Below, piece by piece: positions 38,445 through 50,310 of a stretch of DNA of 64,000 nucleotides. This DNA is from Felis catus (taxonomy: Eukaryota): contig NC_058368.1 of NCBI RefSeq assembly GCF_018350175.1, forward strand, positions 175,834,001-175,898,000. The letters are read 5' to 3'. Made by a program: the position numbers and the translations under genes. How positions within the stretch are numbered: the stretch's first letter is position 1; each line of letters opens with the position of its first letter. A model generated the notes under the pieces. That model saw only the letters and a list, made by a program, of their open reading frames with translations. It searched no databases and was not told where the DNA came from.

Positions 38445-39260
38445 ATGATAGCTCCCCTCAGCTGAGTGCCCATTATGGGCCAGGTACAATGCTCTGTGCT
38501 CTCCAGGCTCCGTCTTCCTGGGCCTCACAGCTGCCCTGAAGAATAAGAACCGTCATCATCCCATTCTGCAGATGAGGAAACTGACAGTAACGTGCCCAGG
38601 ACTCTCGCTATCAGGTGCCAGGCTCCTAACCACCATGCCACTCAGCTCCCGAAGGCTGTTCAAGCCCAAGAAAACGGAAGGTGCTCAGCCTAACACAGGT
38701 CCTCCTGGGAAGCTGAGTCTCACCAGGCTCCGCGCCAGCTCTGGCCCCCAGTGCTGGGGCTTGCTTATCTGTCTTCTTCATTTAGGACTCAGCAGTGGGC
38801 AAGGGAATGAATATAAATGGGGCTGCGGCTCAAGCCAGGTCTTGAGTGACATTTGATTTGAGTAACATCTGATCCTGACAACAGTTCAGCAGTTAATCTA
38901 GGAGACTGGTGATGGTGATGGTTGGCCCTGCAGTCTGGCAGATTCTAATCCTGCTACTTGTGTGACCTCGGGCGAGCTTCCTAACGGCTCTGAGCCTCAC
39001 TTCCTCTTCTGAAAAATGGAGCCTCTCACGGGAATTTTGTGGATAACAAGCTAAAAAATCCATGGGAATAGTTTAGCACAATGTGTGGCATAACTTAGGC
39101 TCCCGTCAATATCAGATACTGATTGCTACTCTAGAAGAGAGGTTCAGGTAGCCCTATGTTAAGGACAAAGAAACCAAGATGGCTTTGCCCAGGTCACACA
39201 GCTGGGAAATGGCAGAATTGGGATTGGAACTCGGGCCTAAGCTGTCTTCGTTCATAAGCC
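38445..39260. mobile_element. Cluster of three MIR fragments
   Basis: ~38445-38640 (CCCATTCTGCAGATGAGGAAACTGA), ~38930-39120 (GTGACCTCGGGCGAG...TCTGAGCCTCACTTCCTC), ~39130-39260 (GCCCAGGTCACACAGCT). Confidence 0.65.
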
Positions 39261-40492
39261 ATGATGCATGCTTCCGTTGGAAGTGACCAATGGAGCATCT
39301 CTATCAGAGCGTTAGCACCATCAGAGGGGAGCAGCATGAACTGCCAAGGGAAGATTTGCTCTTTCCCTTTGAAGGCCAAAACCTCGAAGAATGGGGTCTG
39401 GGCGTGGCCAGACCCTGGGCAGAAGTGACTCTTAACAGATTCCCTTTTGGCCGTCGGCAGCAGGCACACGAGGAGCCTGCATTTGGGGACTCCAAACAGG
39501 AAAGTCATAAACTTGCATCCTCCAGAGATGGCCCCCAGTGCTCCCTGTAACATCTCCTGGAGGTGTCAGCACATCATAAAGCATTCCCGCTTGGCCCGGG
39601 ACAGCTGCTCCTAATTTTGGCCAAGGTTCAGAAACAACAAGACACGTGGGCCTGCCACTGACTATTCCTGTTCAAGTCTATGGAATTTCAGCCTCCAAGG
39701 CCTCCATCGGCAAACACTCGGAGACGGTTTCTTAGGCCAGCGCAAACATGCTTCCAGGATGCTTCTCCAAGTGCTCCTGCCTTCTTCAAATAGGCCAACA
39801 GGGTTGGGTTTTTTTTTTCCCCCCTTTGGGCACGAGAAAAGTACAGCATGTATTTCACACACACGCAAACAGTAGGCACGAGGTGGCCAGAATGGTCTGG
39901 TTGTGACTTTTTCATTAGAGCATTGACATAGAGGGGGCCGGACGTGGTCGGCGTAGCTAGGCTTTGCGGTGAGTTTTATAAATCCCCATCTGTGTGCACA
40001 GAGCAGAGAATTCTCCGCCCTTGGGCACCCCCCACCCCAGGATGCACACCCTCGGTGTGAAGTGTCCTCTTTCTGGAAATCGGATCCCAGAAGTGCCAGT
40101 CAGGGGCTGAAGGGGGCCACCTGGTGCCCCCCCCCCAGGAGGTGGAGAAAAAGCAGTGGGCTGTAGCAGAAGGAACAGCAGCCTTCAAAAGAACGACCTG
40201 GACCCAAATCCTGGTTCTGTCTCACCCTCTTCATATTCACCAAGTCCCCCCCATCCTCATCCGGAGAGCATGGTTCATAATGCCCCTCCTGCCATCTCAT
40301 AGGATTGCGCCAAGAAGCAGATGTGTGTGCAGGCTTTTATCTGCAAAGAACCCAGCACGGAGGAGGTGCCTACTTAGTGTTTTTGAGTGAATGAGGGAAT
40401 TAACAACTTGGTACACTTGCAGGGGAAACAGGGGCACTTGTTCTGAGAGCAGCACTCAGCATGTTCGTGGTTAAAGGCCGGACCCATTTAAA

Positions 40493-40708
40493 AAAATTTT
40501 TTTTAACGTTTTTATTTATTTTTGAGACAGAGAGAGACAGAGCATGAACGGGGAGGGGCAGAGAGAGAGGGAGACACAGAATCGGAAGCAGGCTCCAGAC
40601 TCTGAGCCGTCAGCACAGAGCCCGACGCGGGGCTAGAACCCACGGACCACGAGATCGTGACCTGAGCTGAAGTCGGACGCTTAACCGACTGAGCCACCCA
40701 GGCTCCCC
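40493..40708 (-). mobile_element. CAN-SINE (feline SINEC)
   Basis: Full length; TSD AAGGC(C/T)GGACCC(A/G)TTTAAA at 40474 and 40709. Confidence 0.96.
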
Positions 40709-40904
40709 AAGGCTGGACCCGTTTAAAGCACTGGGTAGATAGACATCCTCTCTAATTTCCTGAGTGAGTGGACAAAGCCAGGACACGTCATCTTAAAAGC
40801 CACCCTTGGGCCCATGTGCCATCTGTTTAGAACCCCCTCACAAATCCCATCACACGAAGAAAGGCACCCAAGTCCCGGCCATGAACTTCAAAATATGGCT
40901 GCAA

Positions 40905-41020
40905 ATTGACCACCCCCCCACCCCAGATCTACTGAATCTGAACCTCTGAGATAAGACCCAACAGTCTGTTCTTAGCAAGCCTTCCAGGGGATTCCGACGC
41001 ACGGCTGAAAAATCACTTGG
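40905..41020. mobile_element. MER5A-type fragment
   Basis: CCCCACCCCAGATCTACTGAATCTGAACCTCTG...CAAGCCTTCCAGGGGATTC. Confidence 0.65.
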
Positions 41021-41129
41021 GCAGGTCCCGTGACAGTCCAGTTATGGCCAGTGTGACAAGTATCCACGTGGGCTTTAAAGGCTGTAGTAGCCACCGTTTT
41101 GTGACTTCATCAGCTACAGGCTCCAAATG

Positions 41130-41700
41130 AGAGATTCTCTCTCTATTCAAGCCAGGCGTGCTGAGAGGTTGCAGCTCAAATTGGTTAAGTTACCAGAAAC
41201 TTCCACCGGCTCTGGATAAGGGAAGTGACCTGACTAAGGTCTTGTTGCAGAAAGAGAATTCTGCTCCCATGCCTAGGACGGATTTTAGAGGGGTGGTGGC
41301 AGATGGGTGGTATACTAGCCCCTGTACCCTGTGTTTCACGTGGGCTGCTTTCAGCTGCTGCTGCAAGTAATGGGTTAGCGAGTGGTGGGTGGCTGAAACA
41401 ATATAGACCCCTTACTATGTCACTTTGCAAGAAGCCCAGAACAAGGCAGCATTGGTTCCTAAGGTCTCAGGTCTTCCCACCTGATGGCAGGTCAACCTTC
41501 ATGGTCACGATGTGGCTGTGGCAGCCTCCAACACCATACGCTCACTTGACACGTAAGCGTGAAGGACAATGAGGCCTGGCCTCTAGCTTCTTATTAAGGA
41601 GGGGAGAGGTTCCCAGAGGTCTCCTCGCAGACTCTCCCTTACAACCCCTGCTCAGGCTTTGGGGATCATGCTCATCCCTAGGCTAATCACGAAGGAGAAC
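41130..41700. mobile_element. MaLR LTR remnant(s) (MLT1J/K-like)
   Basis: GCTGCTTTCAGCTGCTG...GTCACGATGTGGCTGTGGCAGCCTCC...TTCCCAGAGGTCTCC...GACTCTCCCTTAC. Confidence 0.5.
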
Positions 41701-41725
41701 GGCTTTGATTCATCATGAAAAAATT

Positions 41726-41757
<32 letters not shown>
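41726..41757. repeat. (GATA)8 microsatellite
   Basis: Eight perfect GATA units. Confidence 0.97.
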
Positions 41758-41837
41758 CCCTCAGCCATGCAGGGAGTTGGTGTGGGGGGCATATAGGGAA
41801 AACCAGGCATCTGGGCTCACCAAGAACTTCCTTTCCA

Positions 41838-41890
41838 GAGTGTAAGTCTGGAATTGTAAGTCTGGAGTGTAAGTCCAGAGTGTAAGACTA
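41838..41890. repeat. 13/14-bp tandem repeat (GAGTGTAAGTCTG)n
   Basis: Four imperfect copies. Confidence 0.85.
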
Positions 41891-42460
41891 TGAATTCTAT
41901 TTCCTGTAGAGAGGCAGGGTGGATTTTCACCCCCACATCCTGGGGCCGGCACAGCCCAAGGCCAGGTGGTCGGCCAGGTAAGTGGCAAGCACTCAGGGCC
42001 CAGAAAGAGAGACTCTGGCAGAAGGTGGACTAGGAGGAAGTCAGGCTCAGGATGCCCCACCCCAGACAACACACCCCACCCCAGGCTCCATCCAAGAGGA
42101 AACAGATTCCAGGGAGGGCAGTGGGGGACAAAGGGCTTCAAGGGGCTTTATAAAGAGGAGAGAAGATGAAGAGGGTCTCCAATGGGGAAGGCTGACTTCT
42201 GCAGTGATGCGAAGGGAGTGGTCCCAGGAGAAGCCCACATCCCTGACCTGTGAGCCAACGGGGATCAGGGTAAACAGGGCTCAGGAGCTTCTCCTGAGGC
42301 ACCGGCCCTGGGAGCCAGAGTCAGCAGGGTTGGATTAGGGAAGGACTCCATGGTAAGAGGCTTAAGAGGAGACTGTCCCAGAAGGCAGGCACCTCTCCCT
42401 TCACCATATACCACCTTATACTGGAACTACAGGGGGGGTTTCCAGGGTGATGAGAAGAGC

Positions 42461-42935
42461 TTTTTTTTTCAAGCCTTTAAAAAAATTTTTTTACATGTAT
42501 TTGTCTGTTTTTAAAAAAAAATTTTTTTTCAATGTTTTTTATTTATTTTTGGGACAGAGAGAGACAGAGCATGAACGGGGAGGGGCAGAGAGAGAGGGAG
42601 ACACAGAATCGGAAACAGGCTCCAGGCTCCGAGCCATCAGCCCAGAGCCTGACGCGGGGCTTGAACCCATGGACCGTGAGATCGTGACCTGGCTGAAGTC
42701 AGACGCTTAACCGACTGCGCCACCCAGGCGCCCCTGTATTTGTCTGTTTTGAGAGAGACAGAGATAGCACGAGTAGGGGAGGGGCAGAAAGAAAGGGAGA
42801 CCGAGAATCCCAAGCAGACTCCGCACTGTCAGCACGGGGCCTGATGCGGTGCTCAAACTCAAGAAACTGTGAGTTCATGACCCGAGCCGAAATCAAGACT
42901 TGGACGTTTAGCCCCCTGAGCCACCCAGGCACCCA
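42461..42935 (-). mobile_element. Older CAN-SINE hosting a younger SINE in its tail
   Basis: Body 42751-42935 (GAATCCCAAGCAG...AAATCAAGA subtype); tail remnant 42461-42511. Confidence 0.85.
42512..42734 (-). mobile_element. Young feline CAN-SINE (nested)
   Basis: Perfect 16-bp TSD TGTATTTGTCTGTTTT at 42496-42511 and 42735-42750. Confidence 0.97.
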
Positions 42936-43506
42936 GGAAAAGAGGAGTTTTGGCAAGCTGAAAACAGAGTGAGCTCCGTACAGCCCTCTGTGAACCAGAG
43001 TTCGATTCCACTGGAAGCCGTTCTCCCCAAGCCCCCGCGCCTGGAGGATTTACTGTTCTAGGGGGTCTGTTCTGCCTTGCCACCTGCTGCACTCCCAAGG
43101 CCTCGGGATGGCCCCGGGTCAACAGCTGCCTGCAGGCTTTCCCCTTCCCCCTGCCCCCTCCAGGCAGCAGACCTGCCGATGGGCTGCTGGCCTAGCCTCT
43201 GAGCACCCCCAGCAGTGCCTCTCTCTTCCTGCCACCTGAGGAGTCTCCAGTGTGCACCTGCCACCACCCTGCCTTCCCCGGCAGGCTGTGGGCTCCCATC
43301 CTGTCACAGGGAAGGCCTCCAGCCCTGACCCCACGATGCACAACCTCCTCACTAAGACATCGCAAGTCTCTGCTGAAGTCTCACCTGTAAAATGGGGCCT
43401 GCTTCCCCCACGTCTCGCCCCCCCCCCCATCTGTCACTCAGAAGAGTTCAAAGTCAGTCATCTCGTGCCTGGTATCATTTCGGTAATGGATCTTGCCTCT
43501 ACTTCT

Positions 43507-43735
43507 TTTTTTTTTTTTTTTAATTTTTTTTTCAACGTTTATTTATTTTTGGGACAGAGAGAGACAGAGCATGAACGGGGGAGGGGCAGAGAGAGAGGGA
43601 GACACAGAATCGGAAACAGGCTCCAGGCTCCGAGTCATCAGCCCAGAGCCTGATGCGGGGCTCGAACTCATGGACCGCGAGATCGTGACCTGGCTGAAGT
43701 CAGACGCTTAACCGACTGCGCCACCCAGGCGCCCC
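43507..43735 (-). mobile_element. Young feline CAN-SINE
   Basis: Full length; TCTACTTCT duplicated at 43498 and 43737. Confidence 0.96.
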
Positions 43736-43850
43736 ATCTACTTCTGATAACCTACTATGCTGGACTAGCTTTTTTTTTTTCCCTCTCGGTAAATTTTTCT
43801 TCAAACTTACAAAAGCATTGTGTCTGCCTAATGCAGTGATAGTAGGAATA

Positions 43851-44189
43851 TGTGGGGAAAAAACTTCATCACCTCATCACTAAGGAAATTCCAAGGTTTT
43901 AGGAGCTCTGAGCGAGAAACTGGGTCAAAAACCAAATACATATTTTTTTTTAATGTTTATTTATTTTTGAGAGATGGAGAGAGACTGAGCATGAGCAGGG
44001 GAGGGACAGAGAGAAGAGGAGACACAGACTCCGAAGCAGGCTCCAGGCTCAGAGCTGTCAGCACAGAGCCTGATGTGGGGCTGAAACTCACGAACCACGA
44101 GAACATGACCTGAGCCGAAGTCTGACACTTAACGGACTGAGCCATCCAGGCGTCCCTACATATTGCTTATTATAAATCATCATATCACA
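43851..44189 (-). mobile_element. Short MER21-like LTR fragment interrupted by a SINE
   Basis: AGGAAATTCCAAGGTTTTAGGAGCTCTG...CCAAATA [SINE] TTATTATAAATCATCATATCACA, homologous to 14700-14795. Confidence 0.7.
43945..44156 (-). mobile_element. CAN-SINE (feline SINEC)
   Basis: Full length; TSD TACATATT at 43937 and 44157. Confidence 0.93.
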
Positions 44190-44354
44190 GTCTGTACCTC
44201 CAGAGAGTCAGAAGCGACTCAGGGCAGGATGAGAACATTATAGTCATCTTTGCTACCTTAGAGTGCCTGGGACCCAGCAGGTGTCAGTATCTGCAACAGG
44301 AATGAGTATGTGGGAATCAGCTGTGGGAGGGAGTCCCCCGGGCCTTTAAATCAT

Positions 44355-44580
44355 TGCACGTGTAATGGTTAAGAAGTTGGATTTTCGAATCACATAAAAC
44401 CAGGGTTTACATCCTTGGTCTAACAACTTACAAGTCGGGTATGTTTCAGCAAAGCTATTTCACGCATTAGAGCCTTAGTTTACTTCTTTGTAAAATGGGG
44501 AAGGCCATACCCACCTTGCAGAGTGCCTGTAGTGTGGTGCTGCACAGCAATAGAAACAGTAATAATGATAATAAAATGCA
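44355..44580 (+). mobile_element. MIR SINE
   Basis: GTGTAATGGTTAAGA...GAGCCTTAGTTTACTTCTTTGTAAAATGGGG. Confidence 0.75.
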
Positions 44581-44944
44581 ATTAAATTAAAAATTAATCT
44601 GAACTCGTAGATATTTTCAGAATGAGAAACTTCAAAAAAAAAAAAAAAGAAAAAGAAACTTTACTGTAATTCTTTGTAAATGGTCCACGGTGTGGAAGAG
44701 AAGGTCAGGAAGAGGTGGCCTGGGGTCTGGGAAACAGGTGACAGATGACAGAAAGGCCTGGATACCTTAGAAGCAGTGTTTCCCAAACTTCCGCCATCTT
44801 ACCCATCAGTGAGCACTTAGTATGGAGATTCCTAAGCGTGTGCCTTGGAGGTGTGAACTCACTGAATCTGGGGTAAAGCTAAGGCACAACCAGGTCTGGG
44901 GAGCGTGCATGGAGATGGGTGAGCCCAGCTGAGTTCCAGTCTCC

Positions 44945-46110
44945 CATGTTCTCCTCACAGTGTTTCCTAGTTTTCAGCTTTATATTTAGATATATCATCT
45001 ATTTTTACTTAACTTTTGTATATGATGCCAAGTGTGGATCAAAGGTAATATGTATGCATGTTGATATACGCATGGATGCATATAATAGATGCACATCCAA
45101 TTGCTCTAGCACCGTTTGTCGAAAAGACAGACCATTCGGTGTCCTTTGCATCTTTGTTAAAAATCAGCTGGCCATATACATGTGCCCCTCCTCATGGATG
45201 CTGTCATGTTCCAGTGACCTATATGCTTGCCATGATGCTAATACCACATGGTCTGGATCATTGTAGCTTTAGAACAAGTCTTACAGTCAGATCATGTAAG
45301 TCTTTCATCTTTGTTCTTCTTTTTCAAACATTCTCTGGTTATGTAGGTCATTTGTATCTCCACATGAGTTTTAAAATCAGCTTGTCAATTTCTCCCAAAA
45401 GGCCTACAAGGTTTTGATTTGAATTTTGTTGAATCAGTGGATCAGCTAGCGGAGACTAGAATAGATCCATAAACACGGTATCTCTCTCTCCAAAACTTAG
45501 CAATTCAGCAATACCTTGAGTAAAATGTTCCTTTGTGGGAAAATTTTTAAAGAAATTAAATTTCTTTAATACAGGTAGGGCCACTCAGGTTATCTTTCAT
45601 CCTGAGTGAACATCTTTGTGTCCTTCACGGACTTTGTCCATTTCATCTAAGTCATGAAATTTACAGTCATAAGGTTGTTCATAATATCTCCTTATTATCC
45701 TTTTGAAATGTGTAGAATCGGTACTGTTATCACTTCTCGCCTTCCAGATATTGGTAATGTGATCCTTCTTTCTTTTCTTCCTGATCAATCTGTCAACAAG
45801 TTTGTAAATTTGGAGGGTCTTCTCAAATAACTATCCTTGGTTTCATTGATTTTCTTTATTACTTTCCAGTTCCTACTCCCCTGATTTCTACTCTGATCAT
45901 TACAATTTCTTGTCTTCTGCTTACTTTGGGTTTCATTTGCCATTTATTTACGTATTCGTTTGTTTGTTTATTCTTTTTTTTTTTTTTTTGCTAGTTTCTT
46001 AAGGTGGAGACAAAAGTCACTGATTTGCCACCTTTCTTATTTTCTAAGATAGGCTTAGTGCTATAAGTTTCCCTCTAAATACTGCTCTAGCTGCTTCCCA
46101 CACATTTTCC
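44945..46110 (-). mobile_element. Old L1 ORF2 remnants
   Basis: T-rich; GTTTTAAAATCAGCTTGTCAATTTCT and GCTATAAGTTTCCCTCTAAATACTGCTCTAGCTG; ORF 45597-45788 reads ITNIWKARSDNSTDSTHFKRIIRRYYEQ. Confidence 0.8.
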
Positions 46111-46129
46111 TTTCTTGTCCTTTAATTTT

Positions 46130-46470
46130 CACTAATGTCAGAAAGAAGGAATGGTCAGCTGGGTCAAATGCTGCTCATGGGTTGACAGAGGAGGATTCCG
46201 CATTGATTGGTGGAGTTAGAAACATAGAGGTTACTGGAAAACCTGATGAGCTATTTTGGTTGTGTGTTGAGCATCAAAGACTGACTGGAGGGGCTCAAGA
46301 GAGAATGGGAAGAGAGAAAGTGGAGGCTGGGAGTATTAATCTCCTTTGAGCTTTGTTTTATAGACAAACAGAGAAATGGCACAGAAGATAAATGGGGAAT
46401 AAAAGTTCAAAAGTAATTTGCCTTACTATGGGAGAAAAATAGCATGTTTGTATGCTGATGAGAATTACTT
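46130..46470 (-). mobile_element. L2 remnant
   Basis: GTCAAATGCTGCT...GAGGTTACTGG...GACTGGAGGGGCTCAAGAGAGAATGGGAAG. Confidence 0.65.
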
Positions 46471-46553
46471 TGACTATTTCTTATTTAAAGTAATTTAGCT
46501 CACTGCCTCTACTACTCCAGAATATGTGCTTAGTCCTTTTCCCTTGCTTTATT

Positions 46554-46777
46554 TTTTTTTTTTAATTTTTTTTTCAACGTTTATTTATTTTTGGGACAGA
46601 GAGAGACAGAGCATGAATGGGGGAGGGGCAGAGAGAGAGGGAGACACAGAATCAGAAACAGGCTCCAGGCTCCGAGCCATCAGCCCAGAGCCCGACGCGG
46701 GGCTCGAACTCACGGACCACGAGATCATGACCTGGCTGAAGTCGGACGCTTAACCGACTGCGCCACCCAGGCGCCCC
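46554..46777 (-). mobile_element. Young feline CAN-SINE
   Basis: Perfect 15-bp TSD TTCCCTTGCTTTATT at 46539 and 46778. Confidence 0.97.
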
Positions 46778-47229
46778 TTCCCTTGCTTTATTAATCTAGA
46801 TAATATCTCTGATTCTAATATAAAAGATAATGACATGGCTCAATTCTACCACCTCCATTCTATTCCTTGCTGCCTTCCAAAATGTGATCTCGTGTGTGTG
46901 TGCACGTGTATGTGTGTGTGTATTTTATCCATTGGTTTCCTTTGCAACTTTAAATAACCTACCTAAACCTCTATTTCTTGTTCTGTCATTTTTCATATGA
47001 ATCCCAAACACTCACTTTGTAAACTGAAGTTATCAATACTCTTCTCTTTCCTCAACCTTTTCTCTTTCCCTCTTCCTATTCCAACTTCGATTAGCAGTAA
47101 TTTCTTATAGATTGAACCAAATTAATTAAAAATATAGCATTAACGGGTCTATATTAATATTCTTCATGTTGGTCCAAGTAGGGTGCTAAAATTAAGCTGT
47201 CTTCTCTAGAAGTCACTTATCTAATGTCT

Positions 47230-47460
47230 GTATTCAACTATTATTTTACTGAGTATCTTCTACTTGCCAGGCACTGTTCTTGCCACTAGAGACAGTATAG
47301 TGAAGGCAGTAGATGAAATCCTTGCCCTATAAAGCTGACATTCCAGTAGGGAGACAGGTACTAAATAAGTGAACAAATAATATAACTCCAGTGGGGGATA
47401 CGTGCTACAAAGGAAAATAAAGCAGTGTAGGAATTTAGACAGTAACAGGTTAAGGGATAG
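47230..47460 (-). mobile_element. L2 3' end
   Basis: TTTACTGAGTATCTTCTACTTGCCAGGCACTGTTCT...AGCTGACATTCCAGTAGGGAGACAG. Confidence 0.8.
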
Positions 47461-48527
47461 TTTAGATTGAGTAGTCACAGTTCTGGAACAGAGACCTATG
47501 CAGACTGATGGAGCAAATCATCCAATGATTTGACCACCTTACCTCATAGCACTTGGAACAGCAGAAGGAAAATGACACAAACATCATAGCCAAGTAGAGT
47601 TTTTTACATTGTTTTTGTTTTGTTTTAATTTGGGGCTGTACATTTGAACCATGGTATGGCATTTTAGACGTTCCTTTGTTCCTCCAACTCAGAATTGTGA
47701 CATCCCTTTATATGCAAAGGCAAATTGCCAATGGCAAACACCAAATAATTTATATATCAAGAAGCTTGGTTGCCATTTGTTGAATTTGATGGATAGATAT
47801 TTAAATGGTGATGCTAATAATACCTAATCATTATCAAATCTGTTTTGGCCATGGCCAAAACATAACAGTCAAGGGGGAACCTGTCTCCCTTTTAACATGT
47901 TCAAGAAACAGAAAGATGTCTCCATTTGAAAGAAAAGTTCAGGATAACTCATCCTTCTAAAGGACTCCTATTTATCACTTTGACAAGTTTAATTTAGTTC
48001 AAGTTGTTTGTGCTCACATCCTGGGTAAAGCAGAACACTCAGTGAGAGCAAGGAAGCATTGACGAATTGAGACCCCTCAGTAGCCATTGGTAATGGAATT
48101 AGCATGCAGGGATGAGGTAGAGCTGCTGCGATTCTGATAGGATGATTAGGTCCGCAGATGAGAAAGACTTCAAGTCTCCCAGAACCTTTCTCGCTTCCAA
48201 AGAACTTTTCAAACTTTTCGAGCTAGCTCTCATACCATCTGCAAGGAAAGTGAGATAAACTGAGGCATGGGATGCCAGTGAATAGATCTAGTACTCCATC
48301 TACAAGATCCCTGGTCCCCTTTGGGATATAGGACATAAAATGAGAAATGGACATCCCAGAGATTCCTTCTTTCCTGGATGAAGAAACTGGTCTCTGAGCA
48401 ACCACTGTTTACAAGAACAGAAGTTTCATGCAATTAAGTGGACAGCAAGCCAGTGAAGGGAAACAGGACAATTTCTCTCTTATATACAAAGTTGATGAAT
48501 AGTTGATGACCTTAAGAAACAGAATGA

Positions 48528-48750
48528 GGGGCGCCTGGGTGGCGCAGTCGGTTAAGCGTCCGACTTCAGCCAGGTCACGATCTCGCGGTCCGGGAGTTCG
48601 AGCCCCGCGTCGGGCTCTGGGCTGATGGCTCAGAGCCTGGAGCCTGTCTCCAATTCTGTGTCTCCCTCTCTCTCTGCCCCTCCCCCATTCATGCTCTGTC
48701 TCTCTCTGTCCCAAAAATAAATAAATGTTGAAAAAAAAATTAAAAAAAAA
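48528..48750 (+). mobile_element. Young feline CAN-SINE
   Basis: Perfect 14-bp TSD AAGAAACAGAATGA at 48514 and 48751. Confidence 0.97.
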
Positions 48751-48769
48751 AAGAAACAGAATGAACTTT

Positions 48770-48978
48770 ATTTTTTTAAGCTTATTTATTGATTTTGAGA
48801 GAGAGAGAGAGAGAGAGAGCGAGTGCACAACTTGGGGAGGAGCAGAGAGAATCCCAAGCAGGCTCCATGCTGCCAGTGCAGAGCCCAATGCGGGCTCAAA
48901 TTCACAAACCATGAGATCATGACCTGAACTGAAATCAAGAGTCAGATGCTTAACCAACTGAGCCACCGAGATGCCCCC
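48770..48978 (-). mobile_element. Older CAN-SINE
   Basis: Reverse SINE with (GA)n tract; TSD AGAA(T/A)GAACTTT at 48758 and 48979. Confidence 0.92.
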
Positions 48979-50098
48979 AGAAAGAACTTTTAAATTCTCA
49001 CTTCCAAAATTCAATGACAGAAGACAATTTCCTCATAATGTCACCATTAATGGCTTGGAGGCAGTAAAATTTGGGGGATCAGAAGGGGGAAAAGCTTATA
49101 CTTTTAATTTTATATACTTCTACTTAAATGTTTAAACAATGATTCTATATTCCTTTGGCTATTTAAAAACTTTATAAACTAGTTTAGCTTTTATTATTAA
49201 GTCAAGTTCTAAGGACAGGAATCTGTCTCTTTCTCATAATAAAACTCCATTAGAACATTCACTGGCCTGGAACTGTATCTTTCTCAGGGCTCCACACAAT
49301 CATTATACTTTGGAAATGTTTTTAAATTGGCAAAATGATTATAACAAGTAGCTAAAGCAAAAAGAAGTGACCTGGTGTGTCCTCTTTGCTCTTTGAAGTA
49401 TTTATGAGCATCATAAACCCTAATTCTCATCATCAGGGGCTTTGTAAATCAACATGACTCGAGAGTTGAACAATAACCTAGATAGTCCAAAAAATCAAAA
49501 GCATCTAAATGGAGTCTTCCAATTCTGGCCATGATGGAATAACAGGGACCAGATTTACCCTCATGCCTGAAATAACTATGAAGGTGGACAAAATATATGA
49601 AACAATGCCTTTCAAGGCATTGGACACCATGCCACAAAACATAATGGCCCCAGCAAGGCTGGAAGAAAGTGAGGTTGAGTCTTATGATTATCCCGGGGTT
49701 ACTGCCTTGAAGGCATTTCCAGACTATGGCATAGGGAGGGGGAACCAAGAAGAGTCCAAGGGTACTCTCTGAGTTTAGAAGATAAAGCTAAGAGTACAGA
49801 AGACCATGACAGCTAGAGTCTGCAGGGCATAACAGCAGACAGGAGCAAGCTGCACACAGAAACCCCAGAGATCTGTAGAGGGTGTCCTTGAGTATTCAGC
49901 AGAATAGTGATCAGTGTATGTTTCTGAAGAAATTACACGAGGCTGGGGAAAAAACCACCCACAAGGACTAGAAGGAATAGGACCTGTTACAGTCAGCCAG
50001 GCTGGAAAACTCATATTTCATGGGGGTATTGGGTGAAGCACTGAGAAGAGTCTTACCTAAGTAGTAGAGAATAACTAGGCCTAGACACAATGCTGCTC

Positions 50099-50310
50099 GG
50101 GGCACCTGGGCGGCTCAGTTGGTTAAGTGTCCAACTTCGGCTCAAGTCATGATCTCACAGTTCATGAGTTCAAGCCCCGCGTCAGGCTCTGTGCTGACAG
50201 CTCAGAGACTGGAGCCTGCTTCCAATTCTGTGTCTCCCTCTTTCTCTGCTCCTCCCCTGCTCACTCTGTCTCTCTCTCAAAAATACATAAACATTTAAAA
50301 AATTTTTTAA
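50099..50310 (+). mobile_element. CAN-SINE within L1
   Basis: Full length; TSD AATGCTGCTC. Confidence 0.93.

Noticed and set aside
48409..49014. 201-aa ORF and similar ORFs containing AQVMISRSVSSSP or GQRETEHERGRGRERG
   Set aside because: Read-through of CAN-SINE sequence repeated throughout the window
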